In this document: positions 1-8,304 of the stretch, in pieces
Numbering within the stretch: the first letter of the stretch is position 1
Layout: the number at the start of each line of letters is the position of its first letter
From: Nitrosococcus oceani ATCC 19707
GTDB lineage: Bacteria > Pseudomonadota > Gammaproteobacteria > Nitrosococcales > Nitrosococcaceae
Direction of reading: 5' to 3'
Length of the DNA stretch: 32,000 nucleotides
Assembly: GCF_000012805.1 (NCBI RefSeq)
Contig: NC_007484.1
Span: 2,550,001 to 2,582,000 of the forward strand
Position numbers and translations under genes: made by a program
The notes under the pieces: model-generated
Seen by the model: the letters and a program-made list of their open reading frames with translations, nothing else
Databases searched by the model: none
What the model was told of the DNA's origin: nothing

Positions 1-53
1 CGGGGAATGACCACTTGATTTTTTGAACTCAAAGTTACGAGATTATTCGTCAT
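1..53 (-). CDS. AbrB/MazE/SpoVT-type antitoxin-like protein, N-terminal fragment only (gene runs off the window start)
   Basis: The reverse complement of 1..53 reads ATG ACG AAT AAT CTC GTA ACT TTG AGT TCA AAA AAT CAA GTG GTC ATT CCC, giving MTNNLVTLSSKNQVVIP. The 'LSSK(G/N)Q(I/V)xIP' N-terminus is typical of SpoVT/AbrB-fold antitoxins. Only 17 codons are visible and there is no clear SD. Confidence 0.35.
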   Translation of the reverse strand, partial: MTNNLVTLSSKNQVVIP

Positions 54-160
54 GGTTATAGGTAAAGCATAAATGTATTTACGCTTTACTTTAGGATCGA
101 TGGCCAATTTCGTCAAGCGAGAAGTTAAACAACAGCCGGCAGCAAAACGATACCCCGCAG

Positions 161-186
161 GCCGGATTAAGCGCCGCGTATCCGGC
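161..186 (-). repeat. REP-like extragenic palindrome 7 nt downstream of the prpD stop (possible 3' stabiliser or terminator stem-loop)
   Basis: GCCGGAT (161-167) and ATCCGGC (180-186) form a perfect 7-bp inverted repeat around a 12-nt loop. On the prpD-sense strand it reads TTTCGCCGGATACGCGGCGCTTAATCCGGCCTGC. It shares GCCGGATACGC and CTTAWTCCGGCCTRC blocks with the elements at 3694 and 3841. Confidence 0.45.
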
Positions 187-192
187 GAAATA

Positions 193-1644
193 TCAGGCCG
201 TGCTAATAAACAGTTCCATGAACTCATCCACGGGCATGGCCGCCAAACGCTCCCGGTCGCTAAAGAGATCCAAAATTGTCTGGCAACGTTCCGGAGGAAA
301 ACAGCCGCCCAGGCTGTTCTGGAATTTATCCCGTAGCAGGGGCAAGGCTTCGGCGCGCCGCCGCCGGTGGCCTAAAGGATAGGTCACCTCCACCCGGAGG
401 GTAGCGCTGCCATCGCTGAAAAATACCTGGACCGCATTGGCAATCGCCCGTTTCTCGGGATCTAAATAATCCTCGGTAAATTCCTTCTTTTCGATGACCT
501 CCATCTTCTCCCGCAGGGCGTCAATCCGGGGGTCCCGGGCCCGTTCATCTTCGTAATCCTTCATGGTGATCTGGCTCTCCAGCAAGGCTACCGCCACCAT
601 GTACTGCAGGCAGTGATCCCGATCCGCAGGATTATGGAGGGGACCAGTCTTGTCGATGATTCGCACCGCCGGTTCCTGGGTCTCAATGACAATCCGTGCC
701 ACCTCCGACAATCGGGACGTCACCTGGGGATGGAGTGAAATCGCCGCCTCAATGGCGGTCTGGGCATGGAACTCCGCCGGATAGGCTACTTTGAAGAGGA
801 TATTCTCCACGACATAACTGCCTAAAGCCCGAGGCAAGGTAAAGGACTCTCCTTTGAATAACACCTGGTAAAACCCCCAGCCAGGGGCCGTCAAAGCCGA
901 CGGGTAGCCCATCTCCCCTTGCAAGGCCATAAGAGCTAAACGCACCCCCCGGCTGGTAGCATCCCCCGCGGCCCAGCTTTTCCGTGAACCGGTATTGGGG
1001 GCATGGCGGTAGGTCCGCAGGGGCCCCCCGTCCAGCCAGGCATTGGAAAGGGCGTTGATAATCTGCTCCTGAGTACCGCCTAATAAAGCTGCTGTCACGG
1101 CGGCGCTAGCCACCCGTACCAGCACCACATGATCCAATCCCACCCGATTAAAGGCATTCTCCAAGGCCAACACGCCCTGAATTTCATAGACTTTGATCAA
1201 TGCGGTCAGCACCTGGCGCATCGCCAGCGGCGGCGCGCCTTCTTGCCGCCGCTGGCGGCTCAAATAATCGGCAATGGCTAGAATAGCCCCCAGATTATCG
1301 GAGGGATGGCCCCATTCAGCGGCCAGCCAAGTGTCATTGAAATCCAGCCAGCGGATCATGATGCCGATATTGAAAGCGGCCTGCACCGGATCAAGGACAT
1401 AGCCGGTTCCCGGCACCCGGGCGCCCGCGGGGAAAATCACGCCAGGGACAATCGGGCCAAGCAGGCGGGTACAGGCAGGATTATCCAGGGCGAGCAAAGC
1501 ACAGCCAAGGCTGTCCATTAAGCAGTCATGGGCAGTCTCATAGGCTTCGGGACGGTTAACTTCCCCCTGGAGAACATAATCCGCTAAGATCGTCAGAACC
1601 TCATCCGGCGGCGGCCGCTGGGCTGAACGTCTGTCATTACTCAT
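193..1644 (-). CDS. prpD: 2-methylcitrate dehydratase (MmgE/PrpD family)
   Basis: 483-aa ORF with PrpD-like sequence throughout (e.g. [35 protein letters not shown]). It is the last gene of a prpB-prpC-prpD array, 12 nt after the prpC stop. Confidence 0.9.
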   Translation of the reverse strand: MSNDRRSAQRPPPDEVLTILADYVLQGEVNRPEAYETAHDCLMDSLGCALLALDNPACTRLLGPIVPGVIFPAGARVPGTGYVLDPVQAAFNIGIMIRWLDFNDTWLAAEWGHPSDNLGAILAIADYLSRQRRQEGAPPLAMRQVLTALIKVYEIQGVLALENAFNRVGLDHVVLVRVASAAVTAALLGGTQEQIINALSNAWLDGGPLRTYRHAPNTGSRKSWAAGDATSRGVRLALMALQGEMGYPSALTAPGWGFYQVLFKGESFTLPRALGSYVVENILFKVAYPAEFHAQTAIEAAISLHPQVTSRLSEVARIVIETQEPAVRIIDKTGPLHNPADRDHCLQYMVAVALLESQITMKDYEDERARDPRIDALREKMEVIEKKEFTEDYLDPEKRAIANAVQVFFSDGSATLRVEVTYPLGHRRRRAEALPLLRDKFQNSLGGCFPPERCQTILDLFSDRERLAAMPVDEFMELFISTA

Positions 1645-1656
1645 GGAAGAAACCTG

Positions 1657-2781
1657 TTAGCCACGCTGCTCAATGGGCACAAAATCCCGGGGCTCGGGAC
1701 CAATGTAGTTGGCCATGGGACGAATCAAGCGGTTATCGGCCCGTTGTTCCATAATATGGGCGGCCCAACCCGCCACCCGGGAACACACAAAGAGGGGCGT
1801 ATAAAGATGAACGGGAATTCCCAAAAAGCGATAAGCCGGGGCGATATAAAAATCCAAATTAGGAAACAAGCCCTTTTCCCGCTTCATGACGACCTCGATC
1901 CGCTCGGCAATGGGAAACAAATAGCTGTCCCCCGCCCGTTCCGCCAATTGCCGGCACCAATCCTTGATAATGGCGTTCCTGGGGTCGGCTTCTTTGTACA
2001 CCCGATGGCCAAAGCCCATGATTTTTTCTTTGTTTTCCAACGCCGCCAGAACCCCCTGCTCAGCCTCATCAGGCTCCTGGAAACGTTCGATAAGCGCCAT
2101 CGCCGCCTCATTGGCGCCCCCGTGCAAGGTTCCCCGCAGGGTGCCAATGGCGGCGGTAACCGCGGAATAAAAATCGGAAAGGGTGGAGGTGGTTACCCGG
2201 GCGGCGAAAGTGGAAGCTGCGAACTCATGCTCAGCGTAAAGAATGAGGGAGGCATCTAACACCCGTCGGGGAATCGCCCCGGGAGATTCCCCATGGAGCA
2301 GGTTTAAAAAATGCCCCGCCAGGGATTCTTCCTCCGTATCCGTCTCAATCCGGATACCGTGATGGTGAAACTGGTACCAATACAGCAGCAGGGAAGGAAA
2401 CAGAGCCAACAAACGATTAGCGATATCCCACTGCTGATCCCGGTTTATTTCAGGTTCGAGACAACCCAGGGCGGAACAACCCGTGCGCATTACATCCATG
2501 GGATGGCTATTGCCCGGCAGGGCTTCCAGCACGGGTTTAAGACCCTCGGGTAAACGGCGCAGGGATCGCAACTGCTCCCGGTACTCTGTTAGCTGGGCAC
2601 GGCTGGGTGATTGGCCATAAATCAGCAAATAGGCCACTTCCTCGAAGCTGGCCCTCTCGGCCAGCATCTCAATAGCGTAACCCCGATAGGTCAATCCCTT
2701 ACCTTCTTTCCCCACGGTACTGATGGCCGTTTTGCCAGCGGTAACACCGGCCAGGCCGCTACCAGCGGTTCCTCCACTCAT
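1657..2781 (-). CDS. prpC: 2-methylcitrate synthase (citrate synthase family)
   Basis: 374-aa ORF carrying the citrate-synthase signature GFGHRVYK and a PrpC-like N-terminus (GLAGVTAGKTAISTVGKEGKGLTYRGY). It lies 3 nt after prpB and upstream of prpD. Confidence 0.9.
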   Translation of the reverse strand: MSGGTAGSGLAGVTAGKTAISTVGKEGKGLTYRGYAIEMLAERASFEEVAYLLIYGQSPSRAQLTEYREQLRSLRRLPEGLKPVLEALPGNSHPMDVMRTGCSALGCLEPEINRDQQWDIANRLLALFPSLLLYWYQFHHHGIRIETDTEEESLAGHFLNLLHGESPGAIPRRVLDASLILYAEHEFAASTFAARVTTSTLSDFYSAVTAAIGTLRGTLHGGANEAAMALIERFQEPDEAEQGVLAALENKEKIMGFGHRVYKEADPRNAIIKDWCRQLAERAGDSYLFPIAERIEVVMKREKGLFPNLDFYIAPAYRFLGIPVHLYTPLFVCSRVAGWAAHIMEQRADNRLIRPMANYIGPEPRDFVPIEQRG

Positions 2782-2784
2782 GCC

Positions 2785-3669
2785 TTATTCTCCTTTAGCG
2801 GATGCCCCGTCCCGCTGACGCTCATATTCATGGTAACCCAATATTTCATAGAGCTCTTCCCGAGTTTGCATCCCTTCGATTAAGCGCTGCTGGGTCCCTT
2901 CCCGGCGCAAAGTCTCATACACTTGCAAGGCCGCCGCGCTCATGGCCCGGAAAGCACTGAGGGGATAGAGTACCAGCCGGACTCCCGCCTCTCCCAACTC
3001 CTGAACGGTCAATAAGGGAGTCTGGCCAAATTCGGTCATATTAGCTAGCACCGGCGCTTGCACCGCTTGGGCGAAACACCGGTATTCCTCCAGGGAGCCC
3101 AAGGATTCGGCGAAAATCATATCCGCCCCCGCCTCTACATAACACCGCGCCCGCGCCATTGCAGCCTCCAAACCTTCCACGGCGTAGGCATCGGTGCGGG
3201 CCATGATCACAAACTGATCGTCTACCCGCCCCCTGACTGCCGCCGCTATTCGAGCCATCATCTCCCCGGTACTGACCAAGGTTTTACCTGGCCGATGACC
3301 GCAGCGTTTGCCCTGTTCTTGATCCTCTAAATGCAGTCCCGCGGCCCCAGCCCGGCTCAGGGTTTCCACGGTATGGGCCACCATAAGCCCATCTCCCCAG
3401 CCAGTATCTCCGTCCACTAATAAGGGCAAATCTGTCACCGCCACGATACGGCGAACCTCTTCCGCTACCTGGGTAAGGGTCGTCAATCCCAAATCTGGTA
3501 GGCCAAAGGAGGCATTAGCCACCCCGGCTCCGGAGAGATAAAGCGCCCGGAAACCTGCCCGTTTAGCCAGCAACGCGGCATAGGCGTTGATGACTCCCGC
3601 CACTTGCAAGGGCCGCTCCGCTGCGGCGGCGGCCCGCAAGCGGACGCCAGGGCTGTGGTTTTCAGTCAT
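2785..3669 (-). CDS. prpB: 2-methylisocitrate lyase (isocitrate lyase / PEP mutase family)
   Basis: 294-aa ORF with the family active-site motif KRCGHRPGK and a typical LYLSGAGVANASFGLPDLG segment. It is the first gene of the prp array. Confidence 0.9.
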   Translation of the reverse strand: MTENHSPGVRLRAAAAAERPLQVAGVINAYAALLAKRAGFRALYLSGAGVANASFGLPDLGLTTLTQVAEEVRRIVAVTDLPLLVDGDTGWGDGLMVAHTVETLSRAGAAGLHLEDQEQGKRCGHRPGKTLVSTGEMMARIAAAVRGRVDDQFVIMARTDAYAVEGLEAAMARARCYVEAGADMIFAESLGSLEEYRCFAQAVQAPVLANMTEFGQTPLLTVQELGEAGVRLVLYPLSAFRAMSAAALQVYETLRREGTQQRLIEGMQTREELYEILGYHEYERQRDGASAKGE

Positions 3670-3693
3670 AGGTTTTCTCGATATCTAGGTTTT

Positions 3694-3726
3694 GCCGGAT
3701 ACGCACCGTCTATAAAGTAGGCCGGA
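3694..3726 (+). repeat. REP-like element upstream of prpB
   Basis: TTTTGCCGGATACGC at 3690-3704 matches the first 15 nt of the 161-186 element (minus-strand reading) at 14 of 15 positions. GTAGGCCGGA at 3717-3726 is the exact reverse complement of TCCGGCCTAC at 3851-3860. Confidence 0.4.
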
Positions 3727-3817
3727 CCGATTCTCCGGGAGCGAATTGGGACCTCCTCGGGAGGCCCAGAAGGCGCGCATCAATAAGGCCCTGGGGCCAC
3801 TTCCAGCAAGGTGGCGT

Positions 3818-3831
3818 CAATATTAATATTG
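3818..3831. promoter_or_regulatory. Perfect 14-bp palindrome CAATATTAATATTG in the usp-prpB intergenic region (candidate operator)
   Basis: Read directly from the sequence: CAATATT followed by AATATTG. It lies about 150 bp upstream of the prpB start and 57 bp downstream of the usp stop. The binding factor is unknown. Confidence 0.25.
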
Positions 3832-3840
3832 TCAGAAACG

Positions 3841-3860
3841 CTACGCTTATTCCGGCCTAC
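3841..3860 (+). repeat. REP-like half element
   Basis: CGCTTATTCCGGCCTAC resembles the 3' arm of the 161-186 element (CGCTTAATCCGGCCTGC). Its last 10 nt are an inverted repeat of 3717-3726, 124 bp away. Confidence 0.4.
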
Positions 3861-3887
3861 ACGTTTTTAGTACTAGCTCCAAAAGAG

Positions 3888-4337
3888 TCACTGAACGATG
3901 GTGACCGCTCCGTTGGCGTATCGGATGACCTTCTCGCTGACACTGCCGAGCAGCAGCGACTCAATGCGCGATAGGCCCCGCCGGCCCATGACCACGAGCG
4001 GTTGTTCGGACTGCTCTGCTAGGTAGTCTATGTAGCGGATAATTTCCTCGGCAGGATCGCCAAAAAGCACTTGCTCCTCAATCTCCCGCTCGGGATCGCC
4101 GATAGCCCGGTGGGCCTTATCCAAGGCTCTACGGGCGGATTCCTCCTTCGCGCGCTCGATATCCTCCCGGGATAGCTGGGACATCCCCACGACTTCGTTG
4201 GGAGTAGCGGGAAAGACATAGAGAAATCTCATTTTCCGGCCAGTCGCCTTGGCGAGACTGTCCCCAAAGCGGGCCGCCCGTTGTGAACTCTCGGAGCCGT
4301 CTATAGGCACGATAATGATTTTAAACTCGGCACTCAT
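3888..4337 (-). CDS. Universal stress protein (UspA family)
   Basis: 149-aa ORF with N-terminal IIVPIDGSESS. The C-terminal segment VVMGRRGLSRIESLLLGSVSEKVIRYANGAVTIV contains the G-x2-G-x9-G-S ATP-binding-type USP motif. The SD AAGGAAGGA lies just upstream of the ATG. Confidence 0.85.
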   Translation of the reverse strand: MSAEFKIIIVPIDGSESSQRAARFGDSLAKATGRKMRFLYVFPATPNEVVGMSQLSREDIERAKEESARRALDKAHRAIGDPEREIEEQVLFGDPAEEIIRYIDYLAEQSEQPLVVMGRRGLSRIESLLLGSVSEKVIRYANGAVTIVQ

Positions 4338-4399
4338 GGTTATTCCTTCCTTATCCTAATTTACTGCTAAACTATAATAGTCTATCCGCCAGCCCTACA

Positions 4400-4620
4400 A
4401 ATAATGCCTCACTATTGCCAAACCTTTCTTTTCTCTCTGCTCTTACAGATTATCCCAGTAACGAATCCCCTCCCAAAAGGAAGGGGCTTTATGGTCAGTG
4501 GGTAGGCACTGCCACATGAGCCGGCGCTACACCCAGCCTGGCGATGCCGATAGACTTCGCCAACTTAGCGAGATTGACCGCTGCATTGCGGTCGCTGTGG
4601 GCTAAGTGACCACAGCTTGA
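4400..4620 (-). ncRNA. Predicted TnpB-associated omega/reRNA region (3' end of tnpB plus right end); boundaries not determined
   Basis: This placement is inferred from the established TnpB architecture. A strong hairpin starts 8 nt after the stop, CCCCUUCC-UUUU-GGGAGGGG in tnpB sense. It pairs 8 bp with one G-U in that sense, but has a C-A mismatch on the other strand. Confidence 0.3.
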
Positions 4621-5610
4621 ACAGGAGAATTTGTGCTGAATACGAGACCCCAAGCAACCGCATGCCGAGCAGCTCTTGGAGCTGTAGGCCGGGTTGACGT
4701 AAATCACCCGGATGCCCGCCGCTTCGGCTTTGTATGCGATAAAGTCTTGCAGCTCCCGCCAGGCCCAGCGGTGCAAGCGAGCACGCAGCCGCTTACCACC
4801 CTTGATCCGCTTGCGGATATGGGTCAGTGTTTCCAGTACGATGGTCGAAGCGCCCTGTTTCAACGCCTCTCCCACCATCGCCTTGCTCGCCTCGTGATTG
4901 ACCTGGCGCATGTGCCGTCTTTCTTTGCCAGAGACCTTTTTCAGCAATTGCCTTGCCGATTGACGGCCATTGGACTGAAGACGGCGCCGCAGCGCCAGGT
5001 GCCTATCGCGAACATGTCTGAGCGGACCTCCTCCCAATATCTTCCCGCTGGAGGTCGAAGCGAGATTGTTTTCTCCCAGATCAATGCCAAGGATACCACT
5101 GCCCTTCGCAGGCGCGGTATCGGGCCAATCCAGAACGAGATTAAAAAACCACTGTTTTCCCCGACGAACCAGCTTCCCTTCCTTGGGCTTTCCCGCCGCA
5201 AGATATTGCGCCTGAAATTCACCCGGGCTCATCTTGACGATGGCACGGCCCGTCAGGGTGTAGAGGGAAACGGCATCGCCCTTCAGCCGATAGGTGCGGG
5301 CATCGAAATGGACACTACCCGTCTCTCGGAAGCGGATCACCGGAATTTCGTCATGCCTGCCCAGCTTCAGCACCTTGTAGGCATCGGCGACGGCTTTAAC
5401 CGCATTGCAGACCATCTGCGAGCCCAAGCGCGTTGCCTCCCGCACCGGGTAATAGGCCAAGTGGTGCAACGCAACACGGTTCCAACAACGGTTATCCCGC
5501 GCAAACGGCACAATCAAGTTACATGCCTTGGCAAGCTCGGACTGCAACTCCAACAGCGCTTGAGCTTGTTCTGGCGTAGGTACCAGTTTGATGGAGACCG
5601 TTCTTTTCAT
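4495..5610 (-). CDS. tnpB: TnpB (IS200/IS605 OrfB) RNA-guided endonuclease-type protein
   Basis: 371-aa ORF with all TnpB hallmarks: RuvC-I GIDLGENNLA, RuvC-II TIVLETL, the YVNPAYSSKSC motif, zinc finger CSACG..CSSCG and RuvC-III HSDRNAAVNLA. Confidence 0.9.
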   Translation of the reverse strand: MKRTVSIKLVPTPEQAQALLELQSELAKACNLIVPFARDNRCWNRVALHHLAYYPVREATRLGSQMVCNAVKAVADAYKVLKLGRHDEIPVIRFRETGSVHFDARTYRLKGDAVSLYTLTGRAIVKMSPGEFQAQYLAAGKPKEGKLVRRGKQWFFNLVLDWPDTAPAKGSGILGIDLGENNLASTSSGKILGGGPLRHVRDRHLALRRRLQSNGRQSARQLLKKVSGKERRHMRQVNHEASKAMVGEALKQGASTIVLETLTHIRKRIKGGKRLRARLHRWAWRELQDFIAYKAEAAGIRVIYVNPAYSSKSCSACGCLGSRIQHKFSCSSCGHLAHSDRNAAVNLAKLAKSIGIARLGVAPAHVAVPTH

Positions 5611-5717
5611 GTAGGAACGACTTTACCAGAAACGCCCACTCACCCCAACTTACGCAGGCGCGCTTTCCTCTCCGCCCTGAACAGCGGGGTTTCCGGGGTT
5701 TACAGCGCGGAAATACG

Positions 5718-6335
5718 ATGAATGCGCAAGCGGCTACCCCGATCTCCAGGAATCCTTTCGCGGAAGGCAACTTATCGCCCGAGGGATGGATCGCCACTGA
5801 AACGGTAAACGGTATACGGCTCTACCGCCATGAGATAGATGGCTCCGCCATTCCCGCCCTTCGGGCGGAAACGCTCTTCCAGGCTACGCCCCAACAAATC
5901 TATGAAATCATATCCGATTATGACCATTTTACGGCTTTTGTCCCCCAGGTGGAAAAGAGCCGTATTCTCAAGCAAGCAGGAAACACCCTGTGGGTGTATC
6001 AACGCCTCTCTTTTCCACCTCCGTTTGCGGCTCGCCAGTATGTGTTGCAAAGTAGCGATCAGTTAAGCCGGCCGGAAAAACTTTACTTTCGGGTAAATTG
6101 GACTCTGGACCAAGAGCAGTCCAGGGAATTACTAGGGACGAAGGACAGTATTCCAACTGCTTTCGCGGGTTTCTGGGAACTTCGTCCCGGCCAAAAGGAC
6201 CATACTACCGCTGCCACTTATGCCGTGTACCTTGATCCAGGCGGGAAACTACCCGCTTGGCTGGTAAATAGGGGCACTCGCCGGCTTCTGCCAGCGCTTA
6301 TAACCGCGATCCGAAAAAAATTACAACGTTTTTAA
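5718..6335 (+). CDS. START/SRPBCC (lipid-binding, polyketide cyclase/dehydrase-like) domain protein
   Basis: 205-aa ORF showing the bacterial START-domain pattern: GWIATETVNGIRLYRHEIDGS, then ISDYDHFTAFVPQV, then YLDPGGKLPAWLVNRGTRRLLP. It has no N-terminal hydrophobic signal. The start lies right next to the IS left end. Confidence 0.7.
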   Translation: MNAQAATPISRNPFAEGNLSPEGWIATETVNGIRLYRHEIDGSAIPALRAETLFQATPQQIYEIISDYDHFTAFVPQVEKSRILKQAGNTLWVYQRLSFPPPFAARQYVLQSSDQLSRPEKLYFRVNWTLDQEQSRELLGTKDSIPTAFAGFWELRPGQKDHTTAATYAVYLDPGGKLPAWLVNRGTRRLLPALITAIRKKLQRF

Positions 6336-6355
6336 AGCGAGGTACCCATAATTCC

Positions 6356-7579
6356 ATGGAGGAGTTGGAAAAACTAAAAATTCATCGCACCCCCTTAAAA
6401 AAATCTTCTCCAGCCACCCAATCTCGCCGCAAGGGGTGGTTTCTGTTTATCGCTCTAGTCGCCGGGATGGCGGTTATTTATTTAGCGTTTACCGGCGCCT
6501 TTAACCCAAGGGTGGAGGTGGCCGTGGGAACGGTATCGCTCAGCTATCCCGCCCAGGAATATACCCTGTTCAATGCTACGGGCTATGTGGTTCCCCAAAC
6601 CAAGGCCGATATCGCCTCCAAGGCTACGGGCCGGTTAGAAGTCCTAGAAGTAGAGGAAGGGAATCACGTGGAAAAAGGCGATATCATTGCCCGCTTGGAA
6701 AACCAGGATGTCCTGGCAAGCAAGGAACGGGCTGAAGCCAATGTCGCCGTGGCCCGTGCTGGGCTCCTGGAGGCCCAGGCCGAGCTTAAAGACGCCAGGC
6801 TTGCCTTGAAACGAGCCAAGTCCCTGATCGATAAAAAATTTATTACCCACGAGACTTACGATGCCGCCGTAGCTCGTCATGATAAGGCCGCCGCCGCGGT
6901 CCAAAGCGCCAAGGCCAACATTCTAGCGGCCCAGGCAAGCTACCAAGAAGCCAAGGTGGCGGTGGAATACACTTTTATCCGCGCCCCTTTTGATGGCGTT
7001 ATCCTGGAAAAATATGCCGATCTCGGGGATGTAGTGGCGCCCTTCTCCTCCACCATCGAATCCAAAGGAGCCGTAGCCTCCATGGCGGACATGCGCACCC
7101 TGCAAGTGGAAGCCGACGTCTCAGAATCAAACTTGATGCAGGTCAAAGTCAATCAACCCTGCGAAATTCAACTCGACGCCCTGCCAGGGGAGCGCTTCCG
7201 GGGCCGGGTTCACATGATTGTCCCAACCGTGGATCGCACCAAGGCGACTATCTTAGTCAAGGTTAGCTTTGTCGATCTGGATGAGCGTATTCTGCCAGAC
7301 ATGAGCGCCCGGGTCGCCTTTCTCTCAAAGGCATTGTCCCCCCAGGAACAAAAACCCTATACCGTGGCGCCAAGCTCCGCCATTATTAGGCAGGAAGAGC
7401 AAGTTTATGCCTTCCGTGTTGATGGGAACCAAGCCCATAAAATACCACTCACAGTGGGCAAACGATTGGATGGGCAGAGAGTGGTAAAAAAGGGCCTCCA
7501 ACAAGGCGATAAGGTCATTCTCAATCCGCCGGATGATCTGCCCGAAGGCGCCCAGGTGACAGCCAAGGAAGATAGCTAG
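6356..7579 (+). CDS. Periplasmic adaptor / membrane-fusion protein (HlyD/MacA family)
   Basis: 407-aa ORF with an N-terminal TM anchor (WFLFIALVAGMAVIYLAF), a lipoyl-like hairpin (GRLEVLEVEEGNHVEKGDIIARLE), a long Ala/Lys-rich coiled coil, and FIRAPFDGVILEKYADLGDVV. Confidence 0.85.
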   Translation: MEELEKLKIHRTPLKKSSPATQSRRKGWFLFIALVAGMAVIYLAFTGAFNPRVEVAVGTVSLSYPAQEYTLFNATGYVVPQTKADIASKATGRLEVLEVEEGNHVEKGDIIARLENQDVLASKERAEANVAVARAGLLEAQAELKDARLALKRAKSLIDKKFITHETYDAAVARHDKAAAAVQSAKANILAAQASYQEAKVAVEYTFIRAPFDGVILEKYADLGDVVAPFSSTIESKGAVASMADMRTLQVEADVSESNLMQVKVNQPCEIQLDALPGERFRGRVHMIVPTVDRTKATILVKVSFVDLDERILPDMSARVAFLSKALSPQEQKPYTVAPSSAIIRQEEQVYAFRVDGNQAHKIPLTVGKRLDGQRVVKKGLQQGDKVILNPPDDLPEGAQVTAKEDS

Positions 7580-7582
7580 GCC

Positions 7583-8275
7583 ATGGACAACATGGTCGAA
7601 ATCCGCCATCTCAGCAAATCGTACTGGCGGGGCAACCAGAGAGTTCCCGTCCTTGAGAATATCAACCTAACGATTGGGGAAGGAGAATTTATTGCCCTTA
7701 TGGGGCCGTCCGGCTCGGGGAAAAGCACTCTGCTGAATTTAGTGGCGGGTATCGACACACCTGACGGAGGTAGCCTGATAGTCAATGGTATTGACATCAC
7801 GACCCTATCCGAGGGGGCACTTGCCCAATGGCGGGCCGAGCATGTGGGTTTTATTTTTCAATTCTATAACTTGATGCCCGTCCTTACTGCCTTTGAAAAT
7901 GTAGAACTGCCGCTGCTATTAACCGCTTTATCCCGCAAAGAGCGGCGGGAGCACGTGGAACTGGTGCTCGCTATCGTGGGCCTTCGTGATCGGATGGATC
8001 ATTACCCCTCCCAACTCTCCGGTGGACAACAGCAACGGGTCGCCATCGCCCGGGCGGTGGTTACCGACCCCACCCTTATCGTCGCCGACGAGCCCACAGG
8101 CGATCTGGACCGGGAATCGGCCCGGGAGATTTTAAATCTCCTACAACAACTCAACCGGGAGCTTCATAAAACCGTGATTATGGTCACCCACGATGAATTA
8201 GCCGCTAAGCGGGCCCATGTCATCCGGCATCTGGACAAAGGGGTGCTGGACGATCACAACCTTTCTCCCTCTTAG
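7583..8275 (+). CDS. ABC transporter ATP-binding protein (MacB/LolD-type ATPase)
   Basis: 230-aa ORF with Walker [10 protein letters not shown], signature LSGGQQQR, Walker [13 protein letters not shown] and H-loop VTHD. It starts 3 nt after the adaptor gene. Confidence 0.92.
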   Translation: MDNMVEIRHLSKSYWRGNQRVPVLENINLTIGEGEFIALMGPSGSGKSTLLNLVAGIDTPDGGSLIVNGIDITTLSEGALAQWRAEHVGFIFQFYNLMPVLTAFENVELPLLLTALSRKERREHVELVLAIVGLRDRMDHYPSQLSGGQQQRVAIARAVVTDPTLIVADEPTGDLDRESAREILNLLQQLNRELHKTVIMVTHDELAAKRAHVIRHLDKGVLDDHNLSPS

Positions 8276-8304
8276 CCTGCCCCCTTGAAAGCTATGCTGG
8301 AAAA

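Larger units (their letters stand above)
4400..5717 (-). mobile_element. IS200/IS605-family element carrying only tnpB (IS1341-like organisation); ends approximate
   Basis: The tnpB ORF has structured flanks. A 3' hairpin sits at 4467-4486. The 5' flank (5611-5717) contains the GGGGTTT duplication at 5686-5701 and a CCGC..GCGG hairpin. No tnpA is present. Exact termini cannot be set without other copies. Confidence 0.5.

Noticed and set aside
1744-3330. Several 70-170-aa plus-strand ORFs inside prpC and prpB, and similar shadow ORFs inside most other large genes
   Set aside because: They lie antisense or out of frame within genes that have strong family signatures. They have low-complexity Arg/Gly/Pro-rich composition and no motifs.
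3670-3887. Sigma-54 (-24 GG / -12 GC) promoter upstream of prpB, as in enteric prp operons
   Set aside because: The TGGC-containing stretches on the minus strand do not have a GC at the required 11-nt offset. No enhancer-binding prpR gene is nearby.
5686-5701. Near-tandem duplication GGGGTTTCC GGGGTTTAC
   Set aside because: There are only two short copies and they lie within the presumed left end of TnpB element #1. I treat this as part of the IS end structure, not an independent repeat array.
4633-5721. 362-aa ORF on the plus strand, the longest plus-strand ORF in this region
   Set aside because: It is entirely antisense to tnpB #1, rich in Arg/Ala/Pro/Leu as expected for a shadow frame of a GC-rich gene, and has no recognisable motifs. 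The minus-strand TnpB reading explains the region.
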